Positions 12,141 through 26,105 are shown, numbered from the stretch's first letter. The stretch: DNA of 64,000 nt from Octopus bimaculoides (GCF_001194135.2 NC_069006.1:6077411-6141410); one strand, 5' to 3'. Notes: generated from the letters alone by a model not told the origin. Made by a program: numbers and translations.

Positions 12141-15100
12141 NNNNNNNNNNNNNNNNNNNNNNNNNNNNNNNNNNNNNNNNNNNNNNNNNNNNNNNNNNNN
12201 NNNNNNNNNNNNNNNNNNNNNNNNNNNNNNNNNNNNNNNNNNNNNNNNNNNNNNNNNNNNNNNNNNNNNNNNNNNNNNNNNNNNNNNNNNNNNNNNNNNN
12301 NNNNNNNNNNNNNNNNNNNNNNNNNNNNNNNNNNNNNNNNNNNNNNNNNNNNNNNNNNNNNNNNNNNNNNNNNNNNNNNNNNNNNNNNNNNNNNNNNNNN
12401 NNNNNNNNNNNNNNNNNNNNNNNNNNNNNNNNNNNNNNNNNNNNNNNNNNNNNNNNNNNNNNNNNNNNNNNNNNNNNNNNNNNNNNNNNNNNNNNNNNNN
12501 NNNNNNNNNNNNNNNNNNNNNNNNNNNNNNNNNNNNNNNNNNNNNNNNNNNNNNNNNNNNNNNNNNNNNNNNNNNNNNNNNNNNNNNNNNNNNNNNNNNN
12601 NNNNNNNNNNNNNNNNNNNNNNNNNNNNNNNNNNNNNNNNNNNAGAGAGAGGGTAGTCGCCCCCACCTGCTTATATCGGCGGTAGTAACTTTGGATGAGG
12701 ATGGCTGCTTCTATTTCTTTTTGCCTCTGCTGCAGTAACTGCTGCTTATCTCTATACTGTCGATATGCATTTTGGATCACTTTGGCCGCTTCGTACAGCT
12801 TTCGTTGCTCCTGATCTGCAACAACAAAACATCACCCAACACGGTTAGAGAAGACAATCACAAGAGGCTGCAGAGTAAAAGCAGGGTTGGTCTTCATCTC
12901 AATAAATCATGTAGGACTTAAGCTATATGAACAGTGCCGTTTAGTCAACTACTTGTGTGCCATAAATCTGGTCAATCTATGTTCACCTAGAGCTATACTC
13001 CAACAACAAACCCCTGATCTATCAAGAGCTGAGAAAATATTTGATATATTTGACATATGTATGTATGTATGTATGTATGTATATGTATGTATGTATGCAT
13101 GTGTATGTATGTATGTATGCATGTGTATGTATGTATGTATATGTATGTATGTATGTATGTATATGTATGTATGTATGTATGTATGTGTATGTATGTATGT
13201 ATGTGTATGTATGTATGTATGTATATGTATGTATGTATGCATATGTATGTATGTATACACACATATGTATATACATTTATATACACATACATATATATAT
13301 GCTCACATATGTACACAGACAGACGGACATACAATGAAATATTCTTTTCTACTCTAGGCACAAGGCCTGAAATTTTAGGGGAGGGGCCAGTCGATTAGAT
13401 CGACTCCAGTACGCAACTGGTACTTAATTTATCGACCCCGAAAGGATGAAAGGTAAAGTTGACCTCGGTGGAATTTGAGCTCAGAACACGAAGACAGACA
13501 AAATACCATTAAGCATTTCGCCCAGCGTGCTACACACAATGAAATATTGAGAGAAAAGCAGATTCCCTGTTAAATTTTTCTGTCAGTCTGCACTTTGGAG
13601 GACAATTAGAGTACAAAATCCATTATTTGTGAGCGGCATCTGACTGTCAAACATTTGTCATTCTGAGTGTTAGCAAGTAAGAACAGATTTTGAAAACAAA
13701 CAATTGAATGAATATTATATACATATATATATATATATATATATAGATACCTGATAATGTTAGCTGAGAGAAGTCCTTCTCCATGTACGTTGCTGGAGCA
13801 TTGAAGTACTCTGTAAAATCAGCAGTTGTAGGTGGTGGAGAATCTATCTGGAAATATGGACTATAAGGACTGGGTAGACAGGTGGAGTCTGGACTGACTG
13901 ATGAGGCAGGAGTACCCAGATCATTATAACTGAAAGCCAAATGGTTAGATTCATCATACAAACACCGGAAAACAGATTCTCTTTCAAAAGATGAAATCTA
14001 TAAACAACTGTAACAAATATAGCTGAGAAACTACCACCCATTATTCCATAAGTCTTTATTCCATTAACCATTACCTTCCATGTTCTATCTTTTACTTGTT
14101 TCAGTCACGAGATTATGGCCATGCTGGGGTACTGCTCTGAAGAATTGTTAGTGGAATAAATTGACCCCAGGACTCATTTGTTTCTTAAGCTCGGTACTTA
14201 TTGTATTAGTCTCTTTCACTGAACTGCTATGTTATGGGGACATAAACACACCAACACTGGTTGTCAAGTGGTGGTGAGAGTCAAATACAGACACAAACAC
14301 ACAAACATGTGATTGGCTTCTTTCAGTTTCCGGCTACCAAATCCACTCACAGCCTGAGGCTAAAATAGAAGAAACTTGCCCAAGGTGCTATGCAGTGGGA
14401 CTGAACCCGGAACCGTGAAGCTGAGATCAATTAGAAAGGTGTAATTAGCCAGAGATGTTGCTATGGTGACTGTAAGCTGATTAAATCCAGCATGGTGGTC
14501 TGGGGGAATTGTAAGAGTTACTGTACAGAATACATTGTAGTACTTGTAATTCTTTGTAGTTTGAGTTCAAATCTTGCCATGGGTTACCAGCTGCCATAGA
14601 TGGGACTGGAATCTCACCAGGTACATAGCCACAGTTAATGGTGGATAACCTTGGAGCAATGCTTGACACTGAACTGGCTGAGAGGAGACGATACGAGATG
14701 GCGATGCTGTGTATATGTATGAATGTGTGCACATTTGCCTGATAGATGGAAAAAGAAAGAAGCCTGTCATTTATGTATGTGTGTGTGTGTTAGTTGTAAA
14801 TGGCTGTCACTGTCACACTAATACTGCCATTCATTTTCAACAGTCTGCAAGAATTTGTGTGCCAATGGGGAAATATTACCTCACTTGGAACTGCCTAAAT
14901 AAACTCTGTCTGACCCATGCTAGCTTGGAAAAGTGGACATTAAAATTGTGATCACACACACACACACACACACACAGACGATGTTAGGAAGGGCGTCCTT
15001 GGCATTAGGAAGAACATCCTGTTATAGAAACCATGCTAAAGCTGACATGGAACATAACAAAGCTTTGTGACTCACCAGACCCCGGCAGACCATTCAACCC

Positions 15101-18100
15101 ATGCCAGCTGGGAAAAGCAAATGCATGATGATGATGATGAGGAGGAGGAGGAGGAGGATGTATGTATGTTTGCATGTATGGTCTCTTCTGCTTTAAATAT
15201 TTTCAATTCTTCCTCTGAGAAAGGAGCTGGTTTCCAACAAAGATACAGAGTTCCATCATTGCAATGTAGATAACAAAACAATGTCACATTTTAAACTCAA
15301 GAAATGCCTTACACATTTTTGTTGTTGCACTTACAGCTTGTATTTGCAATATGTGAGTTAATTAATTGATGAATTTCTTTTTCTGAAAACCCCAGCTTAT
15401 GCAGATTGTCCCTTGGGCATTGAATGTATGTATGCACCCACACAATGGGCTTCTATAATGTGGGATTGAACCTGAAACGACGTGGTTGTAAAGTGAATTT
15501 CTTAACCTTAGACCCATGCCCAAGAGAATGATGACATAAGTACCTGTTGTGTACTGGGGTTAATGTGATCAACTAGCCCCAAATTTCAGGCCTTGTGCCC
15601 ATAATAGAAAGACTTGCTATTATTATAAACAACCAGCAGTGGAATGTCTCGTGACATACCAGTAAGATGGTAGGGATTAAATGTTCTCATGATTCCACCA
15701 ATGAAGCACCTTACCAAGAAAATGGAAGCAAAAGTAAAAGAAACGTTGTTGAAAGAGACTTACCGATAATCTTCAAATGAAAGACCATCACCAAGTGGGG
15801 TAGATATTCCAGAATCTTCCCCGTAAGATGATGCGATTGGAGAGTTCTGTGAGGCTAGGGAGCTATGAGAGCTGCTGCGCTCGCGACATATTTGCTCTGT
15901 TTCAGCAGTAGAATCCTCCCGGCTCGGGGAAGATTTTATACGTTCAGGCATAGCATCAATGATTTGACGTGCTAAAGTGACCATATGTTTCTTTGCTTCT
16001 TCGCTGCCATCTTCGCCCACAATTGTTCGCTTCTCATGCACTTTCAGTTCGTCATCGGAAGGTATGCGTTCTCCATCTAGAAGGGGACTTTCCCCTTGAT
16101 GGGATGATAGCTCATCTGAAGAAACAAACAATTACTAATTAATATGTAACCACAAATATTCGTTTATTTTTTACATTAAGAACAACTTCAAAAGGAATGA
16201 ATTAGCACCAAATACAAATAGATTCCTTAGGTTTTATTCCAACATGAATTCTTCATCAAATGTCAAATTTTTACTTTGAGTTTAAGCTATGGCTTTGAAT
16301 CTGCCCAGGGTTATCTCTTTTCAGTATTTCCCATGGGGTGGAGGCGCAATGGCCCAGTGGTTAAGGCAGTGGTCTCGTGGTCATAGGATCGCAGTTTCAA
16401 TTCCCAGACCAGGCGTTGTGAGTGTTTATTGAGCGAAAACACCTAAAGCTCCACAAGGCTCCGGCAGGGGATGGTGGCGAACCCTGCTGTACTCTTTCAC
16501 CACAACTTTCTCTCACTCTTACTTCCTGTTTCTGTTGTGCCTGTAATTCAAAGGGTCAGTCTTGTCACAGTGTCACACTGAATATCCCTGAGAACTACGT
16601 TAAGGGTACACGTGTCTGTGGAGTACTCAGCCACTTGCACGTTAATTTCACGAGCAGGCTGTTCCATTGATCGGATCAACTGGAACTCTCGACATCGTAA
16701 GCGACAGAGTTCCAACACCCCATTTCCCATGGTAGAAGGCCAAAGAGTTAGAAATGTGCATCTGGGAATCCAATAGTGGGAAGTACTGGGCATAAATGGT
16801 GTTTTTACACCATTTACCATAAGTGAGAATTTTTTCTCCATGGTAACTGCAGTGAATTTGCCTTTAGAAGTTAAAATATGTCACAAACATAATTCAACTA
16901 ACATACAGTTCATTTATTCCCAATCACTAATGGGTACTGATGTTGCTATATTGTTAACCAAATAATGTATATCCATCACTACTTAGTACAGAATTAAATA
17001 AACAAACAAATAGATAAACAAACAAATAAATAAATAGATAAAAAGAGTAATATCAGACAACTGTTTTCTATCAATAACTTAACAACAGATTCCCAGAATA
17101 AAATATCACCTGTTTGTCTTCACTGACAATTTAACACTTTCATGATGATGGACTTAGTTACAACTATATTTAAATCTTTTAATTACTTTTCATTATAATT
17201 AAGACTCTAGTTAGTGGAGGTTAGTAAAATATACATAACATAATATTTTGATTGTTGCTGTTGTTGTCAGTCCTTAATTAGTTCTGATTAACTTAATCTA
17301 TAATTAGAGATCTCTAATTAGAGACTACATTATCTGAAATGTCCTTTTCATAAATCAATAAAACTGAGTTAGATTTAGCTGCTATTTCTAGTAGACAGAG
17401 TGTCAATATATTTTTGATGCTTATAACTGCTAAGTTACAAGGACATAAACATGCCAACACCTGTTGTCAAGCAGTGGTGCGGAACAGACACAGATAAAGA
17501 GACACACACACATACATACACATACACCAAACCCACTCACAAGGCTTTAAGCACCTCGGCCAGCATGCAACCGATTCTGCCAGCTCACTTAAGGAGTTCA
17601 GTTAAATAAGGATATTACAAAAGCCTTACCTGTATCCATGGAGAACAGCAGATGGTTGTCAGAGCTCTGTCTTCTAGGGCCTCTGATCATTATTGAGTCA
17701 GTTGAAGACAGATGTTCTGTCCCCAGGGAGGTATCTGTGTGCATGAGCATGTCCGGAATTTGGTTGGAAGAATCCATTCCTTGTGAGGAAGCAGAGAGTA
17801 GGGGTTGTTGTTGTTGTGCTGTTTTGAAGAAACTGGACAGGTGTGGTTCAGATATAGATTCCCGCACCGGTTTATGGTAAGTGTCGGAGAGGAGGTTGTT
17901 CCGCTCCACAGAGGTTCGTTTGGGGGACACAAAGTCAACAGAGTAACGTTTGTTAGATTTCTGCTGGGGAGATGTACTGTTACTTCTGCTGCCGCCACCG
18001 CCGCTGCCGCCGCCACCACCACCACCACCACCACCACCACCACCACCACTGCTGCTGCCACTACTGTTGTTGCTGCTGCTGCTGCTGGTGGTGCTGCTGC

Positions 18101-19511
18101 CCAAGCACTGTTCACTCATCCTTCGCACCAGCTTACTGTTGCCCGGATATGGCGGGGGAGGGGGTGGTGGTGGTGGAGGAGCCAAAGGAGGGGAAGATGT
18201 CCCGGCGAAAAGGCTGTCGTTGCCGGAATCATCGGAGGTTGTGGAAATTGCTGAAGGAAATGTGTTTGATTGTTCACAAGCAATCACCCCTGAACTTGAC
18301 ACCGTATTCACGTTGTCAGGGGCAAGGAATGTATCACTAATGGTACTTGAAACTTCACCACTGCCACCAGAAGGTTCCACCGTGTCAGGCACACTGATTG
18401 TAGTCCGAGGAGTGAGTGCCTTCTGGTTGTTGTGGGTCTGCTCTAACAACTCAATGCAGTTGGCCAGGTTGTGGTGGCCATGATGCCGGGCTGCTGTCAA
18501 GGGTAGTATCCCATCCTTGTTGCAGACCTTCAACGGGCCTCTGTTCCAATGATAAAGTGTCTGAGCAGCTTCTGTGTAACCTTTTGCACAAGCCCACATC
18601 TGAAATGTACAGGACAAACAACGAAAGAGGATCAGAAGGGAGAATGATGACGATCACCATTATGATGACAAGGGTTTCAGAGATGCAAGACATAAGATAC
18701 AATAGACGGATGGTGTCTAATTTACTAAATTAAAAATCGTGATATTTATCGTTATCTATTTTATCATTTCTGAGGAAGTAAAAAAAAAAAAGAAAACAAA
18801 AAAAAAAACGGTAACTGCACAGGAGTCCATCATAAGTATGCCTGTATACATATGCATGTGTGTGTGTATGTGGACAGCAGAACATGTACAATCTGTGGAA
18901 GGGTGTTCCACTCAGTCGGAGGATTGAAAAGGCACGTGGAAGGAGTTCATACTGTGGCACTGGTTCCCTTTGCCAGCAAGCACAGCTGTGCATTATGCAA
19001 TAGAATGTGCAAATGTTTGGCAGGACTCAAGAGTCATACAAGGGCCTGACATTGCATCACTGATGACTCATTTCAGTGATTCTGTCTAGGAATGGCTTGG
19101 CTCGTATACGAGAAAGCACCTGCTATGTATGTCCTATGTATGTATGTATGTGTGTGTGTATGTGTGTGTGTGCATGCATGCATGTATGCATCTATGTATG
19201 TATGCATGTATGTATGTTTGTATGTATGCATGTATGCCTGTATGTGTGATTGCTTGTTTCCATGAGTCTTTGTATGACATCATTCAAGTAATGGAGATGT
19301 CAACTTCACATCTCCAGTGGCTGGGCAGTTTCGACACGAGACAACTGGTTGAATGAAAATATCTTAAATGAGGTGCAGGTAAGGGTTAGTGACAGGAAGA
19401 GCATTCAGCTGTAGAATACTAGCTTAAAAAACTCATGCAACCCCTGTCACCATGAAAAATAAACAAATACATCTGAAAACAATTTTTATAAATGTGAGAG
19501 TGTGCATGCAT

Positions 19512-19556
<45 letters not shown>

Positions 19557-22500
19557 TGGGTAAACCCTTGTGTTCTGAGAGTGTTGCTATACTCTGTCTC
19601 CGGATGCAAGAGTTGATGTCACACCAGGCAGTGTAGCATCCCTGAAGGTGTTTTGGTCTCTTTTCCATTGTGACACCAGAGCTACCTGGAGCCATCCACC
19701 AATGCAGGTGCCAAAACTCCGGCACAGCGGCCCAAGCTTTGGCAAGTGAGATGTATACACATAGAGAGAGATATATTCTTACCAGTGGCGTACAAGAATA
19801 ATCATCGACATTGTGGGCATCTACTTCATATTCTAGCACAAGGCTGGGATTCTCTGATCTGAAAGAAACAACAAAATATCATTTATTAATTTAAATAACC
19901 AGTGACCACCACCCCTGCCTCTCGCACCGTAAATAATAACAGCAGCATGAATCAAGGAGAGAAGCCCCTATATGGTCATACATCCTGCTAGTAAAACTAA
20001 ATTCCCCTCAAATTACACCTTACGGTCATAAATAATTAAAGGACATATTAGTTTAATTCTAAGTATCCCTCAGAAGACAGACAGGATGGTGATAGATGGA
20101 AAGGTTTTAATGAAGGTTGAATTAGGGTTGAACAACAACAACAACAGGTTAATTAGTAAGCTCCCATTAAATTTCTTATCACATGTGACTTAATTACATT
20201 CTCCTCTGACAAACTCCAACCAATGGGAACTACATGTATTCTTAGTTGTCTGATAGTTGACTGAGGTCTTTTGGGGTGAACGAGGTATTTACGCACATCG
20301 TCTCAAAGGAGAAGCCAGTCTCCAAGATAAAATCCAACAAAGCTGTGTTCATATGTGAGTGTGCGGTTCGAGGAAATGGATGGAGGTTAGGTTGGTGTTT
20401 GGTCTCCTTCCAGCTCTGATTTGCCTGATCAGAGCTGAGATGAGACACTTGCTCAAGGTACTGCACTGTGGGACTGAACCCAAAACCATATGGCTGGTAA
20501 GCAAGCTTTTTAACCACACAGTCATGCCTGCATCTATATGAAAGAAGTTTATCCACCATATGAGGATTTTAAACAAAAGAAGCACCATACGGCTGCATGT
20601 CTGTCGGTATATTTAATATAAATAACCAAGGTGAAGATGGGTTAATTAAGACGGTGTCTTGATCAGCCACATGTATTCAATTATTAACAGAGAAAATAAC
20701 AAAAATGTGTGCGATTGTGTGTGTATGTACAAGGATACATATGTGTGTGTGAATGTACTTGAATATGTCTATGTGTACCAGAAAATATGTGTGTGTGCAT
20801 GTGTATTAAGTTTCCAATCTGATTAGTCACAGTCAAGAGAAATTTGTTCGTCTACAACAAAAAAAAAACACTGTGTATCATATCTTGTTCACACTGTTCT
20901 AGAGAGGGAAATTTAGTAAACCTGAGTGAGGTTAGTATTAGAGATACTGTTACATTACATAATGGCTAAAATATGATATTTGCCTGAAGCTGTGGACTTG
21001 AAATAGCTCACTGGCAACAAGATTTACAGAAAAAAAAAATGCTTTTTTTTCTTTGTTAGTTGCTACATTAACTTGTATCAGAACTGTGTAAGAACTAAGA
21101 ACAGGATTTACAGACACAAATAGTTGGAGCAGCTGTATTAGTGAGTATGGGAACTAAGTTAAAACTGAGGACAGGATTTACAGAGAGAAATATTACTTGT
21201 AGTAGTTATGTTAATCTGTAGCAGAGCTATATATAAAATATGAACAAAATTTACTGACTGGGAGGAGCAGCCAATATTATGCTGTTTGGATGTGAAAGGT
21301 TGAAGGAAAAGGAATAACAAGTTTGTTGCAGGAATATTTAATCCAGGTCACTGTATTCAATGCAAAAAAGCAACTCAAGAATATGAAGGCAGTTTGCTAG
21401 AATATTATTGAAGTCATAAAAAAATCTGACCATTCAAGGCTTTGTGTGGAACTGGATATAATAACAACAGTTTCATCTTTGGTGCACTTTTCCTGATAAA
21501 GATCAGCACTATGTATTCGGTGCATTTTAGCCACTATGGGGAGGTGGCAGACGTTAGACCAGACAAGAAATAGCAGTCAGCAGACAGTAGAAGAACCAGC
21601 AGCAGGCCAGAGTGCTGTTACAACATAAAAACAATGGACAGTGGCAGCAGTAACACATAGTAACCAGCTAACATTAAGGAACTCGTGATAGGGACTACTA
21701 CCATACTTAGTCCAAGAACAATAAGCTTTGAACAATGCCATTCTTTGCTTTTGGTAGGAATGACGACATTTTTGTTTATGATAAAAATATTGTTTTTTCA
21801 TGAAAACTCTCTAACAAATTTCATTGTTCTTTATTGTGATCGGTTAATATTTGAATATTACCTCCAATGGATAAGGCTTCTAATAACTTCAGCATAACCA
21901 AGTGCTCCAGCTAGATGCAACAAAGTCATACCCCCAGGGCCGGCCTTGGGGAAGACATCGTTATTGGCCCAGGGCAGTCGGGACAATGTCATTATATGCT
22001 GTACCAGGCGCCATTCAAAGTCATTGCTTTGTTGAGAATTCTGTGGCTAAAATGAAAAACAAAAAATTATTTCCTGCAGACATTAAAGACACAAATGATA
22101 ATTAACCAGATACACAAATGAGAGTTAATTAGGAGCAGTAATTAGAGTTAAAATGAAATTTCAGAAGTGAATTGCTTATTAAAGGTTATGATCCTTCCTT
22201 TGAAAATAAAAGTTGGTTTTAATTATTTAATATTTATCTGATCAATAATCTCTCTCTGAAGGCATTGCAGCAAAGAGAAGTTCAAAGAACTACCTTTGTT
22301 TCAGGAAACAGAGCTATTTCCACTAGAGAGAAAATATTGGTGAAGTTTGCATCGAAAAACTTCATAAGAGATAACTTCACAATATCATTTCTCATAAAGT
22401 CCCTTCTGAAAGGAAACTTAGATGTCTAATCTCCTTAAGAATGAGATTAAAGAAAAGTTTTAAGAAGAAATGGGAGAGGGGAACCGTACAATTGTTGCCT

Positions 22501-24996
22501 TCTCCCTCGAAACTGTTTCAGAGAAAAAGGTTGGTACATCATTTCTATAAGAAGGTTTTACACAGGGAAAAATCAATTAGATTCCTGTTATACAATGAAT
22601 TGGTAATTATAGTCCATCTCAGCAACAACTAACGATTTTCTGATGCTTTCTCACAGATTAAAATCCAACTTCATTGAGAAATGGTAGAACACATTCTTAA
22701 AGTGGATTATTCTCTTCTCTTTAATAAATAATTCAATTAAAACTGCAGACAGTGGCCACATAAGTTTACTAATGTACAGCTATAAAAGCTACTGTTACAA
22801 CACAATCAACCAACTTAATAATGTAGCTTCGTCAATATTCCTGGAACGTAACTGATTGATAAACTTCAACTTGCAGTCATTAATGTAATACCTCAGTATT
22901 ATATTATAATACTTTGCAAGCTGGCATAATTGCTAGAACAGTGGCAAAATACTTAGGGCCATTTCATATGTCTCTACGTTCTGAGTTCAAATCCCACTGA
23001 GGTCGACTTTGCCTTTCATCTGTTCAGGGTCAATAAAATAAGTATCAGTTGAATACTGGGGTTGAATTAATCAACATATGCGCTCCTCTAAGACTGCTGG
23101 CTGTGTGTCCAAATTTGAAATCGTAATTATTGTAATACCTTGATATCATCAGTCTATCATATGGGAGCCCCTTTTCACTAAATTCTAACTTATAATAGTT
23201 CAAACTAAAATTTAGCTTTCTTTTGTCTGGTGGCTCAGTCAAAGAGGAAAATGTTGTACCTGTGAATGTTGTATGATTTCTGAGAGTGGTGGAGGGCAAG
23301 GGTGGACTACTCACATTTCACAAGTCACAAGCTCTAATAAGGAGACCCTATGGTCAGGTAGTGGTGTTAAATCTAATTGCAGATTAGCTCTATCCCTCAT
23401 CCCACCTCACAAATAGCCACAGTCCACCTGATATATTTCCACAATGTTTCCTTACACTGAATTTCACTCCTACCAAAACTTCAGTCAACCTGAGGCCAAG
23501 GGAGATAACCAAAAAGTAAAGGTCAAAGAGCTGCAATGGTGGGATTGACCCCCAAACCATATGACTATGCAATCAACACAACCAGGCCAGCAGCCCCAGA
23601 AAAAAATACTTATTTCACTCATCTCACTGCCCTTCAAGTAGTAAATGGTTGAATGTAATTAGGGGATCAACCCTTTATACCCTTAAGATGAACAATATAA
23701 AAAACAGACATTAAGTGATGATGATGATGATAATGATGATGGAGGGTATCTGTAAAAGACCTACTTGTTCACTGGGGATTTCATTTTGGGTACATGTATT
23801 CAGTCGTTTCTCTAATTGCTCCAAACGTTCTAAGACCATCAGTCGTAATTGGTCTTCTGCAGAAATAAGAAACGACAACTAATTAGTACAATGACATTTA
23901 ATTACCATAGTGGAAAGTATCAAAAATTAATTGGTTGATGTAAAAGAGAGAGAGAGAGCCAAACTATCATTGCAAATTAGAGTTAATCAACAACAATGTT
24001 TTATGGGGCTGAAAACCTGATCTTTTCTGAAAAAATATACCAAATCAGCGTTTACTGTTAAAGGGTCAGTCTGTGTTTTGGTCACTCACTGTTTGATCAT
24101 TAAAAATTAGACATTGACACTGAATTTCAAATACTGAGGTATACACATACGCACACACGTATAATTAATAAACATCATTATTTAATGATATTAAAAGCGA
24201 TGTGTTTCTTGATTGGAATCAATATTACCTATCTCAGTGGTTCTTCACTGGTGTCCAGATAAGATTTTGTTGCTAAATTTATGGGAGATAAATTGGATAC
24301 ACTTCACAATACACTAAAGTTTTTAATAATTTTTTATATAATTCCTAATAATATTTAATTATAAAAGTATCTTTTATATACCGAATGGAGGCGGGGTGGG
24401 GGGCAGAGAGTCTACCTGAGTAAGACATGAATCAAAGGGGTCCATATATTGGTATCAAAGAAGTACAATAAATAAGGCATCACACACACACTACGGTTCT
24501 AGTTTATGGATATTTCAATATGCAGTGTTGCAATGTGCCTCTGGTTATGATGACATTAAACTGGAGTTCTTCAAAGGTTTTATACCAATGTGAGGATTAT
24601 TTCTACAAACTCATTACATTCTGAGTTCAAATCCTGCTGAGGTCAGCTTTGCCTGTCATTCTTTTGGGGTTGATAGAATAAAGTACCAGTCATGTATTGG
24701 AGTTAATGTAATTGACTTAACCCCAACCCTAAATCTGCTAGCCTTGTGTCAAAATTTGAAGCAATTATTAAAGGCACTGAGCTGGCGGCAGAATTGTTAA
24801 CATGCCGGACGAAATGCTAAGAAGCATTTCTTTATGTTATACATTCTGAGTTCAAATTCTACTGAAGTTGAATTTGCCTTTCATTCATTCAGGGTCAATG
24901 AAATATGTACCAGTTGGGCACTGGGGATGATGTAACTGACTTGATCCACATCCAAAATTATTCACCTTCTGCCAAAAATATGAAACCATTATCATA

Positions 24997-25031
<35 letters not shown>

Positions 25032-25718
25032 CATTATGAAGACAGCAAGCTGGCAGAATCATTAGCACACGGTGAAATGCTTAGCGGTATTTCGCCCATC
25101 ACTACGTTCTGAGTTCAAATTCCGCTGAGGTCAACTTTGCCTTTCATCCTTTCGGGGTCGATAAATTAAGTACCAGTCAAGTACTGGGGTTGATGTGATC
25201 AACTAGTCCCCCACCTGACAAAAATTCAGATCTTGTGCCTATAGTAGAAAAGATTATTATTAAGGTGGGAATCTGGCAGAATCATTAGCACGCCAGGTGA
25301 AATGCTTAATGGCATTTCGTCCATCTTCGCATTCTGAGTTCAAATCTGCAGAGGTTGACTTTGCCTTCATCCTTTCAGGGCTGATAAATTAAGTACCAGT
25401 GAAACACTGGGGGTGATNNNNNNNNNNNNNNNNNNNNNNNNNNNNNNNNNNNNNNNNNNNNNNNNNNNNNNNNNNNNNNNNNNNNNNNNNNNNNNNNNNN
25501 NNNNNNNNNNNNNNNNNNGAAACGTTAGCACGCTGGGCGAAATGCTTAGCGGTATTTCGTCTGCTGCTACGTTCTGAGTTCAAATTCCGCTGAGGTCGAC
25601 TTTGCCTTTCATCCTTTCGGGGGTCGATAAATTAAGTACCAGTCAAGTACTGGAATCGATCTAATCGACTGGCCCCACTTCCCCAAAAATTTCAGGCCTT
25701 GTGCCTAGAGCAGAAAAG

Positions 25719-25754
<36 letters not shown>

Positions 25755-26017
25755 TTTATTATGATTAAGGCACTGAGCTGGCAGAATCGTTAGCATGCAA
25801 AATGCCAAGCAGCAACATTTTATCCATCTGTATGTTCTGAGATCAAATTCTGTTGAGGCCAACATTGCTTTCATCTTTTTGAGGGTGGATAAAATGAGTA
25901 CCAGTCGAGCACTGGGGTTGATGTAATCAGCAAGCCCACCCACCCCAAGGTTTCAGGCCTTGTGCTTACAATAGAATAACTTATTATTACTATTATTATT
26001 GCTGTTGTTATTACTGT

Positions 26018-26105
<88 letters not shown>

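Noticed and set aside
13930-14000. Upstream extension of exon 13929 suggested by the ORF track ([11 protein letters not shown])
   Set aside because: The upstream TAG acceptor is phase 0 and does not fit the phase-2 donor at 15764; the phase-2 AAG site is weak. CAG at 13932-13930 fits cleanly.
14481-14732. 83-aa minus-strand ORF tested as an extra exon between 15764 and 13929
   Set aside because: No convincing donor in the required phase, no CAMTA-like sequence, and the flanking exons already join in frame.
16335-16420. tRNA gene
   Set aside because: A/B boxes are present but I could not fold a cloverleaf, and the sequence continues into a SINE body.
17690-18483. Overlapping ORFs with poly-His, poly-Pro or poly-Val in other frames and on the plus strand
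   Set aside because: Shadows of the trinucleotide repeats in the CAMTA exon 18599-17630.
24600-25975. CRISPR-like repeat/spacer appearance of the SINE array
   Set aside because: Units are ~215 bp, diverged and dispersed elsewhere in the window; the spacers are microsatellite; there are no cas genes and the context is eukaryotic.
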